A stretch of 64,000 bases of DNA from Elusimicrobiota bacterium (GCA_041694815.1 JBGFSC010000010.1:77922-141921), one strand, 5' to 3'; shown: positions 49,956-62,204, counted from the stretch's first letter. Notes: generated by a model not told the origin, from the sequence alone. Program-made: numbers and translations.

Positions 49956-52220
49956 GTGAGATCGAAAATCACTTTATTCTTCCACGCTCTTTCCCTCGTA
50001 CTCCCGTCCTGGGGCTCCGCCGATTCCGTTCGTAATTCCATCAAGAAAAGCTCGGCAACAGTCCAGGCGGCATCATCTAAAATCCGCCACTCGCCCGCCC
50101 TTGCCGTCCAAGCTATTGCCGCGATACCCGCGCCGGAGGAATCCTCCCTTACTACGCTTTTCGATGCCGCGCCTCCTACCCGAAAAGGCGATCAGGTCGA
50201 CGATTATTTCGGGACCAAGGTCGCAGACCCCTATCGTTGGCTCGAAGACGATAATTCGCCGGAAACGAAGGCCTGGACCGAAGCCCAGAACCGGCATACC
50301 GAAAAATATCTGGCGTCGGTCGGCCAGAGGGAAGGGATCGTCGATAGGCTCAAGCATTTATGGAATTACGAGCGCTTCGGGGCGCCGTCGAAACATGGCA
50401 AGCATTGGATTTACAGCCATAATTCTGGCCTTCAGAATCAGAACATCATCTACAAGTCGAAACGCCTTTACGGAGAACGCCAAGTATTGCTCGACCCGAA
50501 CAGCTTGTCCGCGGACGGAACGGCGGCACTATCAGCCACATCCTTCTCCAAGGACGGCCGCTACATGGCCTATGCCGTTTCCAAGGCGGGCTCGGACTGG
50601 TCCGTCTGGCATGTCCGGGACGTGGAAAGCGGCCAGGACCTGCCCGACACGATCGAATGGACAAAATTTAGTGGTGCCGTTTGGACAAAGGATGGAAAGG
50701 GATTTTATTATACGCGCTATCCCGAGCCTAAACCCGGCGAAAAGCTCAAAGGGAGAAATGAAAACAGCAAGGTCTATTACCATAGGCTCGGCACGACACA
50801 GGGCCAAGATGAACTCATCTATGAACGATCCGACCATCCTTCCTGGAGATTTGGCGTCTCTCTGACCGATGATGGCCGTTATCTTCTCCTGTACCAAAGG
50901 GAAGGAACAGAGCCGAAAAACCGCATTTGGGTCAAGGACCTCAAGAAGCCCGACGCTTCGTTTACCCCGTTATTCGATAATTTCGACGCCAGCTATTCCA
51001 TCGTAGGCAATGCCGGCCAGCGTTTTTATGTGCAAACGACCAGCGGCGCGCCTCGCGGGAAACTCATCGCCGTCGACCTAAATCGTCCCGGCTCCGAGAA
51101 TTGGAAGACGGTCATCGCCCAACATGGAGGGCGCGACGTTCTCGAGGACGTCCGGCATGTCGGCAAGCGCTTCGTCGCCGTATGGGGCAGCGACGCGCAT
51201 CAACGCATGCGGGTCTATGGCCCGCGCGGAGGGCTCCAGCGCGAAGTGAAGCTTCCCGGAATCGGCTCGGTCAGCGGCTTCTCCCCTAAATCACGGCATG
51301 AGAAAAAATTGGGCTTTTTGAGCTATAGCTCGTTCAATCATCCGGCCACTAATTTCCGCCTCAATCTCGAGACCGGAAAGCTCACGGCCTACCGCCGCCC
51401 GAAAATCGATGTCGACCCGTCGAAGTTCGAGGTCAGGCAGGTCTTTTACCCATCGAAGGATGGAACTAAAATCCCCATGTTCATCGTCCATAAGAAGGGC
51501 CTTGTGCTCGACGGACAGAACCCGACCTATCTCTACGGTTACGGCGGCTTCAACATCTCCCTCAACCCCAATTTCAAGATCGCGAACATCCCTTGGCTCG
51601 AAAAGGGCGGGATCTACGCCGTCGCCAATCTCCGCGGCGGAGGCGAGTACGGGAAAGAGTGGCACGACGCAGGCAGGCTCCAAAACAAGCAGAACGTCTT
51701 CGACGATTTCATCGCGGCGGCGGAATACCTGATTAAAGAAGGCTACACCTCCTCACCGAAGCTCGCCATAGGCGGGGGTTCCAATGGCGGGCTTCTCGTC
51801 GGGGCCGCGATGACCCAGCGCCCCGACCTCTTCGGCGCAGCCATCCCGGAGGTCGGCGTCATGGACATGCTGCGCTTCCATCTTTTCACCGTCGGCGCAG
51901 GCTGGAAAAGCGATTATGGCTCCAGCGAGACGAAGGAGGGGTTCGACACCCTCATTAAATATTCCCCCCTGCATAACCTCAAGCCCGGCACCTCCTACCC
52001 CGCCACGATGGTCATGACCGGAGACCACGACGACCGCGTGGTTCCCGCGCACAGCTTTAAATTCGCCGCCGCGCTCCAGGCGGCCCAGGGCGGACCCGCC
52101 CCCGCCCTCCTGCGCGTCGAAACCAACGCCGGCCACGGCGCGGGAAAACCCTTGAACAAACTCGCGCGGGAGATCGCCGACAAATGGGCCTTCCTCATCA
52201 AGGCCCTTAATTTAAATTGA
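49956..52220 (+). CDS. Secreted prolyl oligopeptidase (S9A)
   Basis: DPYRWLED, SKDGT, YGYGGF, GGSNGG, DHDDRV, AGHG. Confidence 0.95.
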   Translation: MRSKITLFFHALSLVLPSWGSADSVRNSIKKSSATVQAASSKIRHSPALAVQAIAAIPAPEESSLTTLFDAAPPTRKGDQVDDYFGTKVADPYRWLEDDNSPETKAWTEAQNRHTEKYLASVGQREGIVDRLKHLWNYERFGAPSKHGKHWIYSHNSGLQNQNIIYKSKRLYGERQVLLDPNSLSADGTAALSATSFSKDGRYMAYAVSKAGSDWSVWHVRDVESGQDLPDTIEWTKFSGAVWTKDGKGFYYTRYPEPKPGEKLKGRNENSKVYYHRLGTTQGQDELIYERSDHPSWRFGVSLTDDGRYLLLYQREGTEPKNRIWVKDLKKPDASFTPLFDNFDASYSIVGNAGQRFYVQTTSGAPRGKLIAVDLNRPGSENWKTVIAQHGGRDVLEDVRHVGKRFVAVWGSDAHQRMRVYGPRGGLQREVKLPGIGSVSGFSPKSRHEKKLGFLSYSSFNHPATNFRLNLETGKLTAYRRPKIDVDPSKFEVRQVFYPSKDGTKIPMFIVHKKGLVLDGQNPTYLYGYGGFNISLNPNFKIANIPWLEKGGIYAVANLRGGGEYGKEWHDAGRLQNKQNVFDDFIAAAEYLIKEGYTSSPKLAIGGGSNGGLLVGAAMTQRPDLFGAAIPEVGVMDMLRFHLFTVGAGWKSDYGSSETKEGFDTLIKYSPLHNLKPGTSYPATMVMTGDHDDRVVPAHSFKFAAALQAAQGGPAPALLRVETNAGHGAGKPLNKLAREIADKWAFLIKALNLN

Positions 52221-52221
52221 C

Positions 52222-52257
52222 AAAAAAAAGCCCCCGGCCCTCGCGGGCCGGGGGCTT
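52222..52257 (-). terminator. Intrinsic terminator after groEL, possibly bidirectional
   Basis: AAGCCCCCGGCCC-TCGC-GGGCCGGGGGCTT with an A8 run (U-tract on the minus strand). Confidence 0.88.
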
Positions 52258-52270
52258 CGCTTGCCGCTAA

Positions 52271-53911
<1,641 letters not shown>

Positions 53912-53960
53912 TTATAGCGCTGAAGGGCGCGACTATGGCCCTTCAACAAACATATTAGGA

Positions 53961-54275
53961 CTACTTCAAGATGCCCAGGATGTCGTCCTGGTGCATGATG
54001 AGGTACTCGGTGTCCTCGATCTTAATCTCGTTGCCCGAGTATTTGCCGTACAGGATGCGGTCTCCGGCCTTGACGTCCATCGGGAGGACCTTGCCGTCCT
54101 CGGTGGTCTTGCCCTTGCCGGTGGCGACGACCTCGCCCTCTTGCGGCTTTTCCTTGGCCGTGTCGGGGATGATGATGCCGCCCTTCTTGTATTCCTTGGC
54201 CTCGATCGGCTTGACGAGAACGCGATCGCCCAAGGGTTGAATCTTGACCTTCGTCAACGTCGCTTCGACTGCCAT
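53961..54275 (-). CDS. groS: Co-chaperonin GroES
   Basis: [25 protein letters not shown]. Confidence 0.98.
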   Translation of the reverse strand: MAVEATLTKVKIQPLGDRVLVKPIEAKEYKKGGIIIPDTAKEKPQEGEVVATGKGKTTEDGKVLPMDVKAGDRILYGKYSGNEIKIEDTEYLIMHQDDILGILK

Positions 54276-54293
54276 TGGACTACCTCCTGATAT

Positions 54294-54369
54294 TTAGCAC
54301 TCGCCTTCTGGCAGTGCTAATTATACCAAAGGCATTCCAAAGCTGTCAATCGGTTAATGAGACTGCTAA
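54294..54369 (-). promoter_or_regulatory. groES promoter with CIRCE (HrcA) operator and a second degenerate CIRCE
   Basis: TTAGCACTC-N9-CAGTGCTAA at 54294-54320; TTGACA-N18-TATAAT; TTAGCAGTC half-site at 54361-54369 whose partner overlaps the -35. Confidence 0.88.
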
Positions 54370-54370
54370 T

Positions 54371-54523
54371 TTAGGGCACGGGCCGCACGCTCACGCCCCA
54401 CGGGAATTCGAGCTGCGCGAAGCTGGGCGCCCCCCCATGGCTTTGTATCTGGCCGAGGATGCGGCTAAGACGGGTCAACTCATCGGCGCGAGACGGCTGC
54501 GACGCCTTCGTCCTCTTTTTCAT
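54371..54523 (-). CDS. Small hypothetical protein (50 aa)
   Basis: ATGA overlap with the HTH gene and AAGGGGG RBS; no motif. Confidence 0.4.
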   Translation of the reverse strand: MKKRTKASQPSRADELTRLSRILGQIQSHGGAPSFAQLEFPWGVSVRPVP

Positions 54524-54975
54524 GAGCCCCCCTTGGCATAAATGACCTTCCAGGCCTCTCCCTCGCGGCCGCGCACCGAGATGCGCAGCCCTTGCAGGCG
54601 CTCCCCGTAGCGGCTGTCCATGCGGGCCCGGATCAACGGCACGTATTCCCAGCGGAATTGCCGCCATGCGCCGACGGGACCATCCCTCCCCTTAAGCCGC
54701 ACGTCCACGCGCGCGCTGAGCTCCGGCCCCGGCCGCGCCGCCGGAAGCGGCCGGCCGCGCCGGGGCTTGTCGCGCTCGAAGCGCTCGCGGTAGCGCAGGA
54801 GGTCCTCGCGGCTAAACAGCAGGGTCTTCGGCCCCAGCCGCGTATGGCTAAGCGCGCCCCGGCAGGCCAGGCGGTAGATGGAGAAGGGGTGATAGCCCAA
54901 GAGGCGGGCCGCCTCGCGCACCGTGTAGAGGCGCAGGCCCGTGCGGGGGTCGTAGAGGCTAGGAGTCGAATTCAT
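54520..54975 (-). CDS. Excisionase-like (HTH_17/MerR-type) DNA-binding protein
   Basis: LYTVREAARLLGYHPFSIYRLA..G.L...RLG...LFSREDL, plus an AT-hook-like PRRGRP. Confidence 0.75.
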   Translation of the reverse strand: MNSTPSLYDPRTGLRLYTVREAARLLGYHPFSIYRLACRGALSHTRLGPKTLLFSREDLLRYRERFERDKPRRGRPLPAARPGPELSARVDVRLKGRDGPVGAWRQFRWEYVPLIRARMDSRYGERLQGLRISVRGREGEAWKVIYAKGGS

Positions 54976-55048
54976 GTTAAAGTACTTTAACATATAACAG
55001 CCGTTACGCTTTTTGTCAAGGGGGTGGATTTTTTATAGGATCGCTGCG

Positions 55049-56437
55049 ATGCCCGTCTCCGCGGCGCTGGCCTACAGCGAGAAAAATCGCCCCTCCTTCA
55101 TCCAGGACCTCTCCCGTCTCGTCGCCGTCCCGAGCGTCAGCTTTCCCGGCTTCCCCCCCGCCGAGCTCGAGCGCTCGGCCCGGGCCGTGGCGGAACTGTT
55201 GCGGCGCCGAGGGCTCGAGCACGTCGAGCTGCTGCGCGTGCCGGGGGCCCATCCCTACGTGTACGGGGATTGGCTCAAGTCCCCGGGCAAGCCGACCGTT
55301 CTTCTTTACGCCCACCACGACGTGCAGCCTCCGGGCCGGCCGGAAAAATGGAAGTCCCCCCCGTTTAAGGCCGTCCGCCGCGGGGGGCGGCTCTACGGGC
55401 GCGGCGCGGCCGACGACAAGGCGGGCATCGTCGTGCATACCAGCGCGGTCGCCTCGTACCTATCGACCTCCCGGAGCCTCCCGCTCAACGTGAAAGTGCT
55501 CATCGAAGGCGAAGAGGAGATCGGATCGGAGCATCTCGAGAAATTCCTCTCGAAATACGCGCGCCAGATGAAGGCAGACGCGATCGTGTTGACCGATACC
55601 GCGAACTTCGACGTCGGCATCCCGAGCATCACCACCGCCCTGCGAGGACTGGTGGCCATGGACGTGGAGGTGCGCACGGCGGACCATCCGCTGCACTCGG
55701 GGATGTGGGGCGGCCCCCTGCCCGACCCGGCGCTTGCCCTGTCCAAGATGCTGGCGAGCTTGATCGATGAGCGCGGTCGAATCAAGATCCCGGGAATCTA
55801 CAACAGGGTCCGCGGACTCAACGCCGCCGAACGCAGGAGCTTGGCTTCCTTACGCTACGGCGAGCGCGATTTCCGGAGGCAGGCGAAAGTTTTATCGGGC
55901 GTGGAGCTACTGGGCGGACGCCCCTCCCCTCTTGAGAAGATGTGGCGGCTGCCCTCCTTGGCGGTCAACGCCATCCAGGCCTCCTCCCGCAAGGATGTCT
56001 CCAATATCATCACGGAGAGCGCCTGGTGCCATGTGGGGATCCGCATCGTACCGGACATGGACCCCCGAATGACGGCGAAGGCGCTCATGGGACATCTCAA
56101 GAAGGCCGCCCCCTGGGGCGCGCGGGTAAGCTTCTCCAATGTCTCGGCCAATCCGTGGTGGATCACCGACCCGCAAGGGCCGGCTTTCGCCGCCGCCCGA
56201 AAGGCCTTAAGCCGCGGCTTCGGCCGCGAGGCGGTCTTTATCGGCTGCGGGGGCTCGATCCCCTTCGTCGGGCCCTTCGCGAAGGTGTTGGGCGGCGCGC
56301 CGGCCCTGCTCATCGGAGTCGAGGACCCCTACACCAACGCCCATTCGGAAAACGAGAGCCTGCATCTGGGCGATTTCCAGAAATCGATCCAATCAGCAAT
56401 CTATCTTTACGAGGAGCTCTCAAGACTGGCTTTCTGA
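55049..56437 (+). CDS. M20 family dipeptidase/deacylase
   Basis: YAHHDVQP, GRGAADDKA, EGEEEIGS, GGSIP, AHSENE. Confidence 0.92.
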   Translation: MPVSAALAYSEKNRPSFIQDLSRLVAVPSVSFPGFPPAELERSARAVAELLRRRGLEHVELLRVPGAHPYVYGDWLKSPGKPTVLLYAHHDVQPPGRPEKWKSPPFKAVRRGGRLYGRGAADDKAGIVVHTSAVASYLSTSRSLPLNVKVLIEGEEEIGSEHLEKFLSKYARQMKADAIVLTDTANFDVGIPSITTALRGLVAMDVEVRTADHPLHSGMWGGPLPDPALALSKMLASLIDERGRIKIPGIYNRVRGLNAAERRSLASLRYGERDFRRQAKVLSGVELLGGRPSPLEKMWRLPSLAVNAIQASSRKDVSNIITESAWCHVGIRIVPDMDPRMTAKALMGHLKKAAPWGARVSFSNVSANPWWITDPQGPAFAAARKALSRGFGREAVFIGCGGSIPFVGPFAKVLGGAPALLIGVEDPYTNAHSENESLHLGDFQKSIQSAIYLYEELSRLAF

Positions 56438-57333
56438 TTCGGACTTAACACCCAGGCTGCGATAGGATAAAAATCGTCCCATGGAATCGCGAGCAGGCCG
56501 AAGTTAGAATCAAATAAGATGGCGAGTTCTTCTCCCTCGTTATACCCGGTCCCGACAACGTTGATCGCGTGAAAGCCACCATAGGGGCGACCGCTCTTTC
56601 CTATCGATATCCTTACTAACACAGCACCATTTTCGAGCTCTTTTTTAATAATTTCTTTCAACTTTTTGCTGCCCTCAAAGAAGCGATCCTGGGCTTTCCC
56701 TAATCCCATCCATGCCATCTGGAAAGCCCACAGCTTGCTTCCAAGCGTCCGAATACCGTAATTTAACGTTTTGGCCAAGGCTCGGTTATCCGCATGCATT
56801 CCGACAGAATTGATCATACGCAGGATTTTTTGATCGATTTGATGGAGCTCATTCGAACGCTTCACTCCCTGGCGAAGAAGAAGTTTCTTCTTAATTTCTA
56901 ATAGAGCCAATTGGGGGGCATGCACTTGACCTCCCCACATGGGAGTGCCGTTACCCAATAAGAGGATATCCCGCTCCACAAATGGCCGTGCGGCCTCGAC
57001 CACCTCCTGCCCAGTCGTCAATTGTCCGTTGACCGTCAAATTAAGAGCAATCGCCTGCCTCACGCAGGTCCCAGACCGTCCCTGAAGCCACAGGGCCTTT
57101 TTCTCATCGAGCATTTTTAGTAACGGATCATCATCAATCGATTCGTCATCCAGAAAAAAAGCGTTACCGTAGAAGTCAAGGTAGGACCTAAATTGGGCAG
57201 AGCCCCTAAGATTGCTAGCCGCCTTTTGAATTTGCGAAAGCTCTTCTTCCTTTTCCTGTAAATCGCCACGCGCAAAGGCAGAACTATCTAGGACAGCCAC
57301 CGCCGCTAGCATCGCGACCGTCAACTTATTCAT
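56407..57333 (-). CDS. Secreted hypothetical protein, papain-fold (C39-like) peptidase candidate
   Basis: Signal peptide; QGRSGTC, FHAINVVG, FDSN; visibly AT-richer than its neighbours. Confidence 0.6.
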   Translation of the reverse strand: MNKLTVAMLAAVAVLDSSAFARGDLQEKEEELSQIQKAASNLRGSAQFRSYLDFYGNAFFLDDESIDDDPLLKMLDEKKALWLQGRSGTCVRQAIALNLTVNGQLTTGQEVVEAARPFVERDILLLGNGTPMWGGQVHAPQLALLEIKKKLLLRQGVKRSNELHQIDQKILRMINSVGMHADNRALAKTLNYGIRTLGSKLWAFQMAWMGLGKAQDRFFEGSKKLKEIIKKELENGAVLVRISIGKSGRPYGGFHAINVVGTGYNEGEELAILFDSNFGLLAIPWDDFYPIAAWVLSPNQKASLESSS

Positions 57334-57412
57334 GTCTCAATGGTATAGCCAATAAGGCGGTAACGCCATTCAAGATAGAATCATAAAATTCTAATGTAAT
57401 CTAAAAGGATTT

Positions 57413-59233
57413 TTAATCAGCTGACGAGTCCTTGAAAACGGATTGAAAGCGAGCCTGCGTTGACTCCAGCACGGCGCGCTCCTGCCGAGCCTTCTCCAGC
57501 ATGGCGGGGGCGATGATGGCGGGAGGGGCGGCGCCGTAGCCAAAAAACTCCTGGTGGAATTTCTTCTCGCTGTAATGAGGGCCGAGTATCTCCTGATAAT
57601 CCTTTTTGAGCTGCTCGATCTGGAGCCGTCCGATCATATAGGTGACAGCCTGCGTCGGGATATTGGAGTAGCGGAAGGCCTCTTCGCGCGCGATCGGCAG
57701 CGACAGAAAAGCCTCCTCATGCAGCACGCGCACCACTTCGTCGAAGCTCATCTTGCCGGTGTGCATCCAGGTGTCGACCACCATGCGGTAGGCGCGCCAT
57801 AACTGGGACTTTAAGGCGATCAATTCCTCGCGCGGCGAAAAGAAGCCTTTCTGCCGCATCAGTTCCTCGGCGTAGAGCGCGTAGCCCTCGGCGTTGAGCG
57901 CGCTGGCCCAGCCGCCGACATAGTCAAAATAGCTGGGCAGTTGCGAAGCCTTCTTTCCCCGGCGCTGGAATGAATAGTACTGCAGATCATGCCCCGGGAA
58001 GGCCTCGTGAACGGCCGTGCTCAGTATCTCGGCCCGATTATGGTCTTTGAGCTTTTCCGAGTCGCCCTCGGTGGGAGTGACGAGGAAAACGCCCTGCTTT
58101 TTCTTGTCGAAAGGGGGCGCCATGAAATAGGCCGCCATCGGCGTGGTGCTACGCTGCGCCTTCGGCGTAGGAACGATCTTGAGCTTATAGCCCCTAGGAA
58201 GCTTAAAGAGGCCATGCTCTTGGACGAAGCGCTGCGCCTTGGCCGTGGCCGCTTCGTATTCCTTCAAGACCTTCTTATCGTTTTCGGGATGGTCCTTGGC
58301 GATTTCATCGAGCAGCTGCTCGAGGTTTTTGTCCGGAGCTATTTGCGCCGCCAATTCCTCCATCCGGGACCGTATCTTCTTGGCGATCGCCAGGCCCTGC
58401 TCGTGAATCTGATCCGGCGTCTGGAGGATCCCCATGAGCCGCAGGCGCCTCGCGTACTCGATCTCCCCCAAGGGGTACTGGTTCTCTTTGGAGACCGGAA
58501 GCACCCGTTCTCGCAGGAAGGCGGCATAGGCCTGATAGAGCTTATCCCCGGAGGCGCCCAAGCCCTGAATTTCCGGTCTGAGGGCCTTGAAGTCTCCAGG
58601 AGCCAGGGTCTGCCGCGCGAGCGTTACGAGCTCTCGGACAAAGAAGTCGGCCATCGCCAAACTGTTCTTGATCTCCTCTTCGACCATCCGACGATCGGGA
58701 ACGATCCCTTCGGCGAGCCCCCGCTCGAGATTCTGGCGGTGCTGCGTCAAATAGCGCTCCAAATCGCGGCCCTGGGATAAAATCTCCTTCCAGCCGAGCA
58801 GTGCGTCCTGCGGACCCATCATCTGGGCGATCTGGGCTTGGAAGCCGTTGGCGGGGTCCAAGCCCATGCCGGCGTCGACGAGGTTCCGGAGATGGCCTTT
58901 CCACTGGATCAACTCATGAAGGTCCTTGTCGACCATGATGCACATCAGCCGAAGGTCCATGCGCTCTTCGACGGAAAGCGACTCATGATCGCGCTGAATC
59001 TCCGCCAAGGCCCGGCGCATCTTGATCTTTTCCTCTCTCTTCTTTTCCGACAGATCCGGAAGCCCGGGCTTGCGAGGGTGCAGGCCCATCTGGATGGCCA
59101 CGCCAGGTAGCTCTTGGCGGATGCTTCGCTGATACTCCCTCTTAAGCCGCTGCAGGCGTTCCGAGGCGCTGGGCACCGGCTGCGCCCAGCCGAGCTGGCA
59201 GAAGGCCAGCAGCGCGATAATAAAGGAGGGCAT
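57413..59233 (-). CDS. Secreted DUF885 family zinc-peptidase-like protein
   Basis: HEAFPGHDLQ, EGYALYAE, WRAYRMVVDT, PTQAVTYMIG; signal peptide from ATG 59233. Confidence 0.88.
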   Translation of the reverse strand: MPSFIIALLAFCQLGWAQPVPSASERLQRLKREYQRSIRQELPGVAIQMGLHPRKPGLPDLSEKKREEKIKMRRALAEIQRDHESLSVEERMDLRLMCIMVDKDLHELIQWKGHLRNLVDAGMGLDPANGFQAQIAQMMGPQDALLGWKEILSQGRDLERYLTQHRQNLERGLAEGIVPDRRMVEEEIKNSLAMADFFVRELVTLARQTLAPGDFKALRPEIQGLGASGDKLYQAYAAFLRERVLPVSKENQYPLGEIEYARRLRLMGILQTPDQIHEQGLAIAKKIRSRMEELAAQIAPDKNLEQLLDEIAKDHPENDKKVLKEYEAATAKAQRFVQEHGLFKLPRGYKLKIVPTPKAQRSTTPMAAYFMAPPFDKKKQGVFLVTPTEGDSEKLKDHNRAEILSTAVHEAFPGHDLQYYSFQRRGKKASQLPSYFDYVGGWASALNAEGYALYAEELMRQKGFFSPREELIALKSQLWRAYRMVVDTWMHTGKMSFDEVVRVLHEEAFLSLPIAREEAFRYSNIPTQAVTYMIGRLQIEQLKKDYQEILGPHYSEKKFHQEFFGYGAAPPAIIAPAMLEKARQERAVLESTQARFQSVFKDSSAD

Positions 59234-59267
59234 GCGCATAGCATAGCCCCCCGCAAGAAAATTACCC

Positions 59268-59305
59268 GGAGCTAAGGACCTATGCGAAAATAGGCCTGAA
59301 GGCCT
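59268..59305 (-). promoter_or_regulatory. Tandem 14-bp operator pair (DevR/NarL-like boxes)
   Basis: On the + strand, GGAGC-TAAG-GACCT (59268) and AGGCC-TGAA-GGCCT (59292). Confidence 0.55.
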
Positions 59306-60500
59306 AGAAAAGGAACATCGCCCGGATATTGCCCCCGCCCCAGGGATGGGAGGGGTCGTCGAGCTTCCAGGTCGTGTAGAGCTCGATGCGGCCGGAGGAG
59401 AACAGGAAATCCAGCCCCGCGCCCATCTTGGATTTGGCCAACGACTGCGCCGAGGAGCCGGCGGCGCCGCCGGTGCGCCGCCGGTTGTCGCCGAAAGACA
59501 TGAAATTGGCGATCTCGCCCACCAACCGGGGCTTGAGCTGGCGTCGCCAACGCGCATAGGGCTGGACCTCCCAACGGTCGTAAAAGATGCCACCGTCGGG
59601 AGAGTTGGCGAAATCGCTGCGCGCCGCGCGGACAAGCACGGCTTGGCCGGCCTCTAATCGATCCCGAGGCCCCAGCGGTCCCTCCACCCGGAGAAGCCCT
59701 CGATGCACTTGTCGCCTGTTTTCTACCGATAGGGCGTTGGGATCGGGAACGAAACGATTCTCCTTGACCTGGAATTCGTACTGGTATTCGGCACCCGGGC
59801 TCCATCGATCCGTCCGGCGGGCCCATTCCACCGTGAGATTGATGCGGCGGTAGGAGAAAAGACGGTTCTCCACCGGGACATGCCGGCGCGTCGGGTGGTC
59901 GATCTCCAGCCAGCCCCTCAGCAGGTCGCGCTGGCCGCGCCACTGGAGCGAGAATTCATCGGTCAGCGGATAGCGGGAGTAGCGCTGCGTCGTGCTGCCG
60001 CGCCGGTTGAAGTTGAAATCGACGAAATAGCGACGGGCGACCGCCCTAAAGCCGCCGCGGGTGTAATTGAGGCCGAAGCCGATATCCGCGTCTTCCTTAT
60101 GGAACGTCGGCTCGCCGAAAATAGAGCCCGAAACGCCCGCGAGCAGGTTCTTCTCCATCTCCAGCCATTGATGGATCTCCTGGCGCTCCTTGTCCTCCTG
60201 CTGCTCTAGCCTGTACTTAAAGAGGAACCCGTCGCCAAGCTTGCGATCGAAGCGCAATTGCTGCTGAAGGAACAGATCGCAGCAGTCGAGGCTGGCCGCG
60301 TTGATGCGGTAGGCCGGAGCCGTAGAGGCTCTCCATAGATCATCCCAGGAATAAGGATACCTGAAGCTGTTGAGCGAGACGAAATAATTCTCATCGAAGA
60401 GAGGCTCATGGTCGATGCGCTCCATCTGCGTCTTGATGAAGACGGCATGCGCGGGCGACGCTAGGAAAATCGCCAGGTAAATGCCCAGCCCCTTGCGCAT
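59304..60500 (-). CDS. Hypothetical outer-membrane beta-barrel protein
   Basis: Signal peptide (AHA), alternating beta-strand pattern, C-terminal ...NIRAMFLF. Confidence 0.65.
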   Translation of the reverse strand: MRKGLGIYLAIFLASPAHAVFIKTQMERIDHEPLFDENYFVSLNSFRYPYSWDDLWRASTAPAYRINAASLDCCDLFLQQQLRFDRKLGDGFLFKYRLEQQEDKERQEIHQWLEMEKNLLAGVSGSIFGEPTFHKEDADIGFGLNYTRGGFRAVARRYFVDFNFNRRGSTTQRYSRYPLTDEFSLQWRGQRDLLRGWLEIDHPTRRHVPVENRLFSYRRINLTVEWARRTDRWSPGAEYQYEFQVKENRFVPDPNALSVENRRQVHRGLLRVEGPLGPRDRLEAGQAVLVRAARSDFANSPDGGIFYDRWEVQPYARWRRQLKPRLVGEIANFMSFGDNRRRTGGAAGSSAQSLAKSKMGAGLDFLFSSGRIELYTTWKLDDPSHPWGGGNIRAMFLF

Positions 60501-60566
60501 GGCCTAAGCATAAGGCACGCGCCGCGGAATATCAAGGTGGCCAAATAGTTTTGTAGAATCGACGCG

Positions 60567-62204
60567 ATGGCGACACGCAAGGCTGCCGCCGCCCCCGCCT
60601 CCAGCACCCCCTCCATCGCAAGCGATTACAAGGCTTCGGCGCCCGAATCAGCGGCCAATCGCAGCTATCACGAGGGCCTCATTAAGGACCTGCGGCAGAA
60701 GCTCGATAGGGCCGCCAAGGGAGGCTCGGCGCAGGCGGTGGAGCTTCACCGCAAGCGCGGCAAGATGACGGCCCGCGAGCGCGTCTCGAGGCTCGTCGAC
60801 CCCGACGCGTGGCTGGAGCTCTCGCCCTTGGCCGCGGTCGGAATGTACGACGACGAGGTACCCTGCGCCGGCATCATCACCGGCATCGGCAAGGTGGGCG
60901 GGCGTTGGTGCGTGATCGCGGCCAACGACGCGACGGTCAAGGGCGGCACGTATTATCCCGAGACGATCAAGAAGCACCTGCGGGCCCAGGAAATCGCCCT
61001 TGAAAACCGGCTGCCCTGCCTCTACCTCGTGGACTCGGGCGGGGTGTTCCTTCCCAAGCAGGCCGAGGTGTTTCCGGACAAGGAGCATTTCGGGCGCATC
61101 TTCTACAACCAGGCGGTAATGTCCTCCCTCGGCATCCCGCAGCTGTCGGCCGTCATGGGCATGTGCACGGCCGGCGGGGCCTATGTGCCGGCGATGTCGG
61201 ATGAGGCCATCATCGTGCGGGGAACGGGCACCATCTACCTGGGAGGCCCGCCGCTGGTCAAGGCCGCGACCGGGGAGGAATCGAGCGAGGAGGAGCTCGG
61301 CGGAGGCCAGATGCATTCCTCGATCTCCGGGGTGACCGACCATCTGGCAGACTCCGACGAGCATGCCATCGCGCTGCTCCGCGCGGCGGTCGAGAATCTG
61401 GGGCTCCCCAAGCCCGCGGAACCCGCGGGGTTCGATGAACCCCGCTACCCGCCGGAGGAGCTCTACGGCGTCGTGCACCGCGACCTGCGCCGACCGGCGG
61501 ACCTCAAGGAGATCGTCGCGCGGCTCGTCGACGGCAGCCGTTTCCACGAGTTCAAGGCCAATTACGGTAAGACCCTGGTCTGCGGGTTCGCGCGCTGGAT
61601 GGGGCATCCGGTGGGGATACTCGGCAATCAGGGGATCCTGTTCTCCGAATCGGCGCTCAAGGGGGCCCACTTCATCGAGCTCTGCGAGCAGCGCCGCATC
61701 CCCATCGTTTTCCTGCAGAACATCACCGGCTTCATGGTCGGCAAGCAGTTCGAGCAGGGCGGCATCGTCAAAAACGGCGCCAAGCTGGTCCAGGCCGTCT
61801 CGACGGCCACGGTGCCCAAGATCACCGTCATCATCGGCTCCTCCAACGGCGCCGGCAATTACGCCATGTGCGGCCGGGCCTACGGCGCGCGCTTCCTGTT
61901 CACCTGGCCCAACGCCCGCGTGTCGGTGATGGGGGCCGAGCAGGCCGCCGGGGTCATGGCGATGGTCAAGGAGGCGCAGCTCAAGCGCAGCGGCAAGATC
62001 CTGAGCGCCGAAGAGGAAGAGGCGATTAAAACGCCGATCCGCCAGCAATACGAGCGCGAGGGGCATCCCTACTACGGAAGCGCCCGGATCTGGGATGACG
62101 GCATCATCACGCCCGCCGAGACCCGCCGCGTCGTGGGCCTTTGCCTTAACGCCTGCCTGCTCGCGCCCGGAGGCGTCTGGCGGGCTCCCGTCTACCGGAT
62201 GTGA
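60567..62204 (+). CDS. liuB: Methylcrotonyl-CoA carboxylase carboxyltransferase subunit
   Basis: [48 protein letters not shown]. Confidence 0.9.
   Translation: MATRKAAAAPASSTPSIASDYKASAPESAANRSYHEGLIKDLRQKLDRAAKGGSAQAVELHRKRGKMTARERVSRLVDPDAWLELSPLAAVGMYDDEVPCAGIITGIGKVGGRWCVIAANDATVKGGTYYPETIKKHLRAQEIALENRLPCLYLVDSGGVFLPKQAEVFPDKEHFGRIFYNQAVMSSLGIPQLSAVMGMCTAGGAYVPAMSDEAIIVRGTGTIYLGGPPLVKAATGEESSEEELGGGQMHSSISGVTDHLADSDEHAIALLRAAVENLGLPKPAEPAGFDEPRYPPEELYGVVHRDLRRPADLKEIVARLVDGSRFHEFKANYGKTLVCGFARWMGHPVGILGNQGILFSESALKGAHFIELCEQRRIPIVFLQNITGFMVGKQFEQGGIVKNGAKLVQAVSTATVPKITVIIGSSNGAGNYAMCGRAYGARFLFTWPNARVSVMGAEQAAGVMAMVKEAQLKRSGKILSAEEEEAIKTPIRQQYEREGHPYYGSARIWDDGIITPAETRRVVGLCLNACLLAPGGVWRAPVYRM

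Noticed and set aside
59240..59635. N-terminal extension of the DUF885 ORF to 740 aa
   Set aside because: Overlaps the barrel gene; signal peptide and -10 element point to a start at 59233
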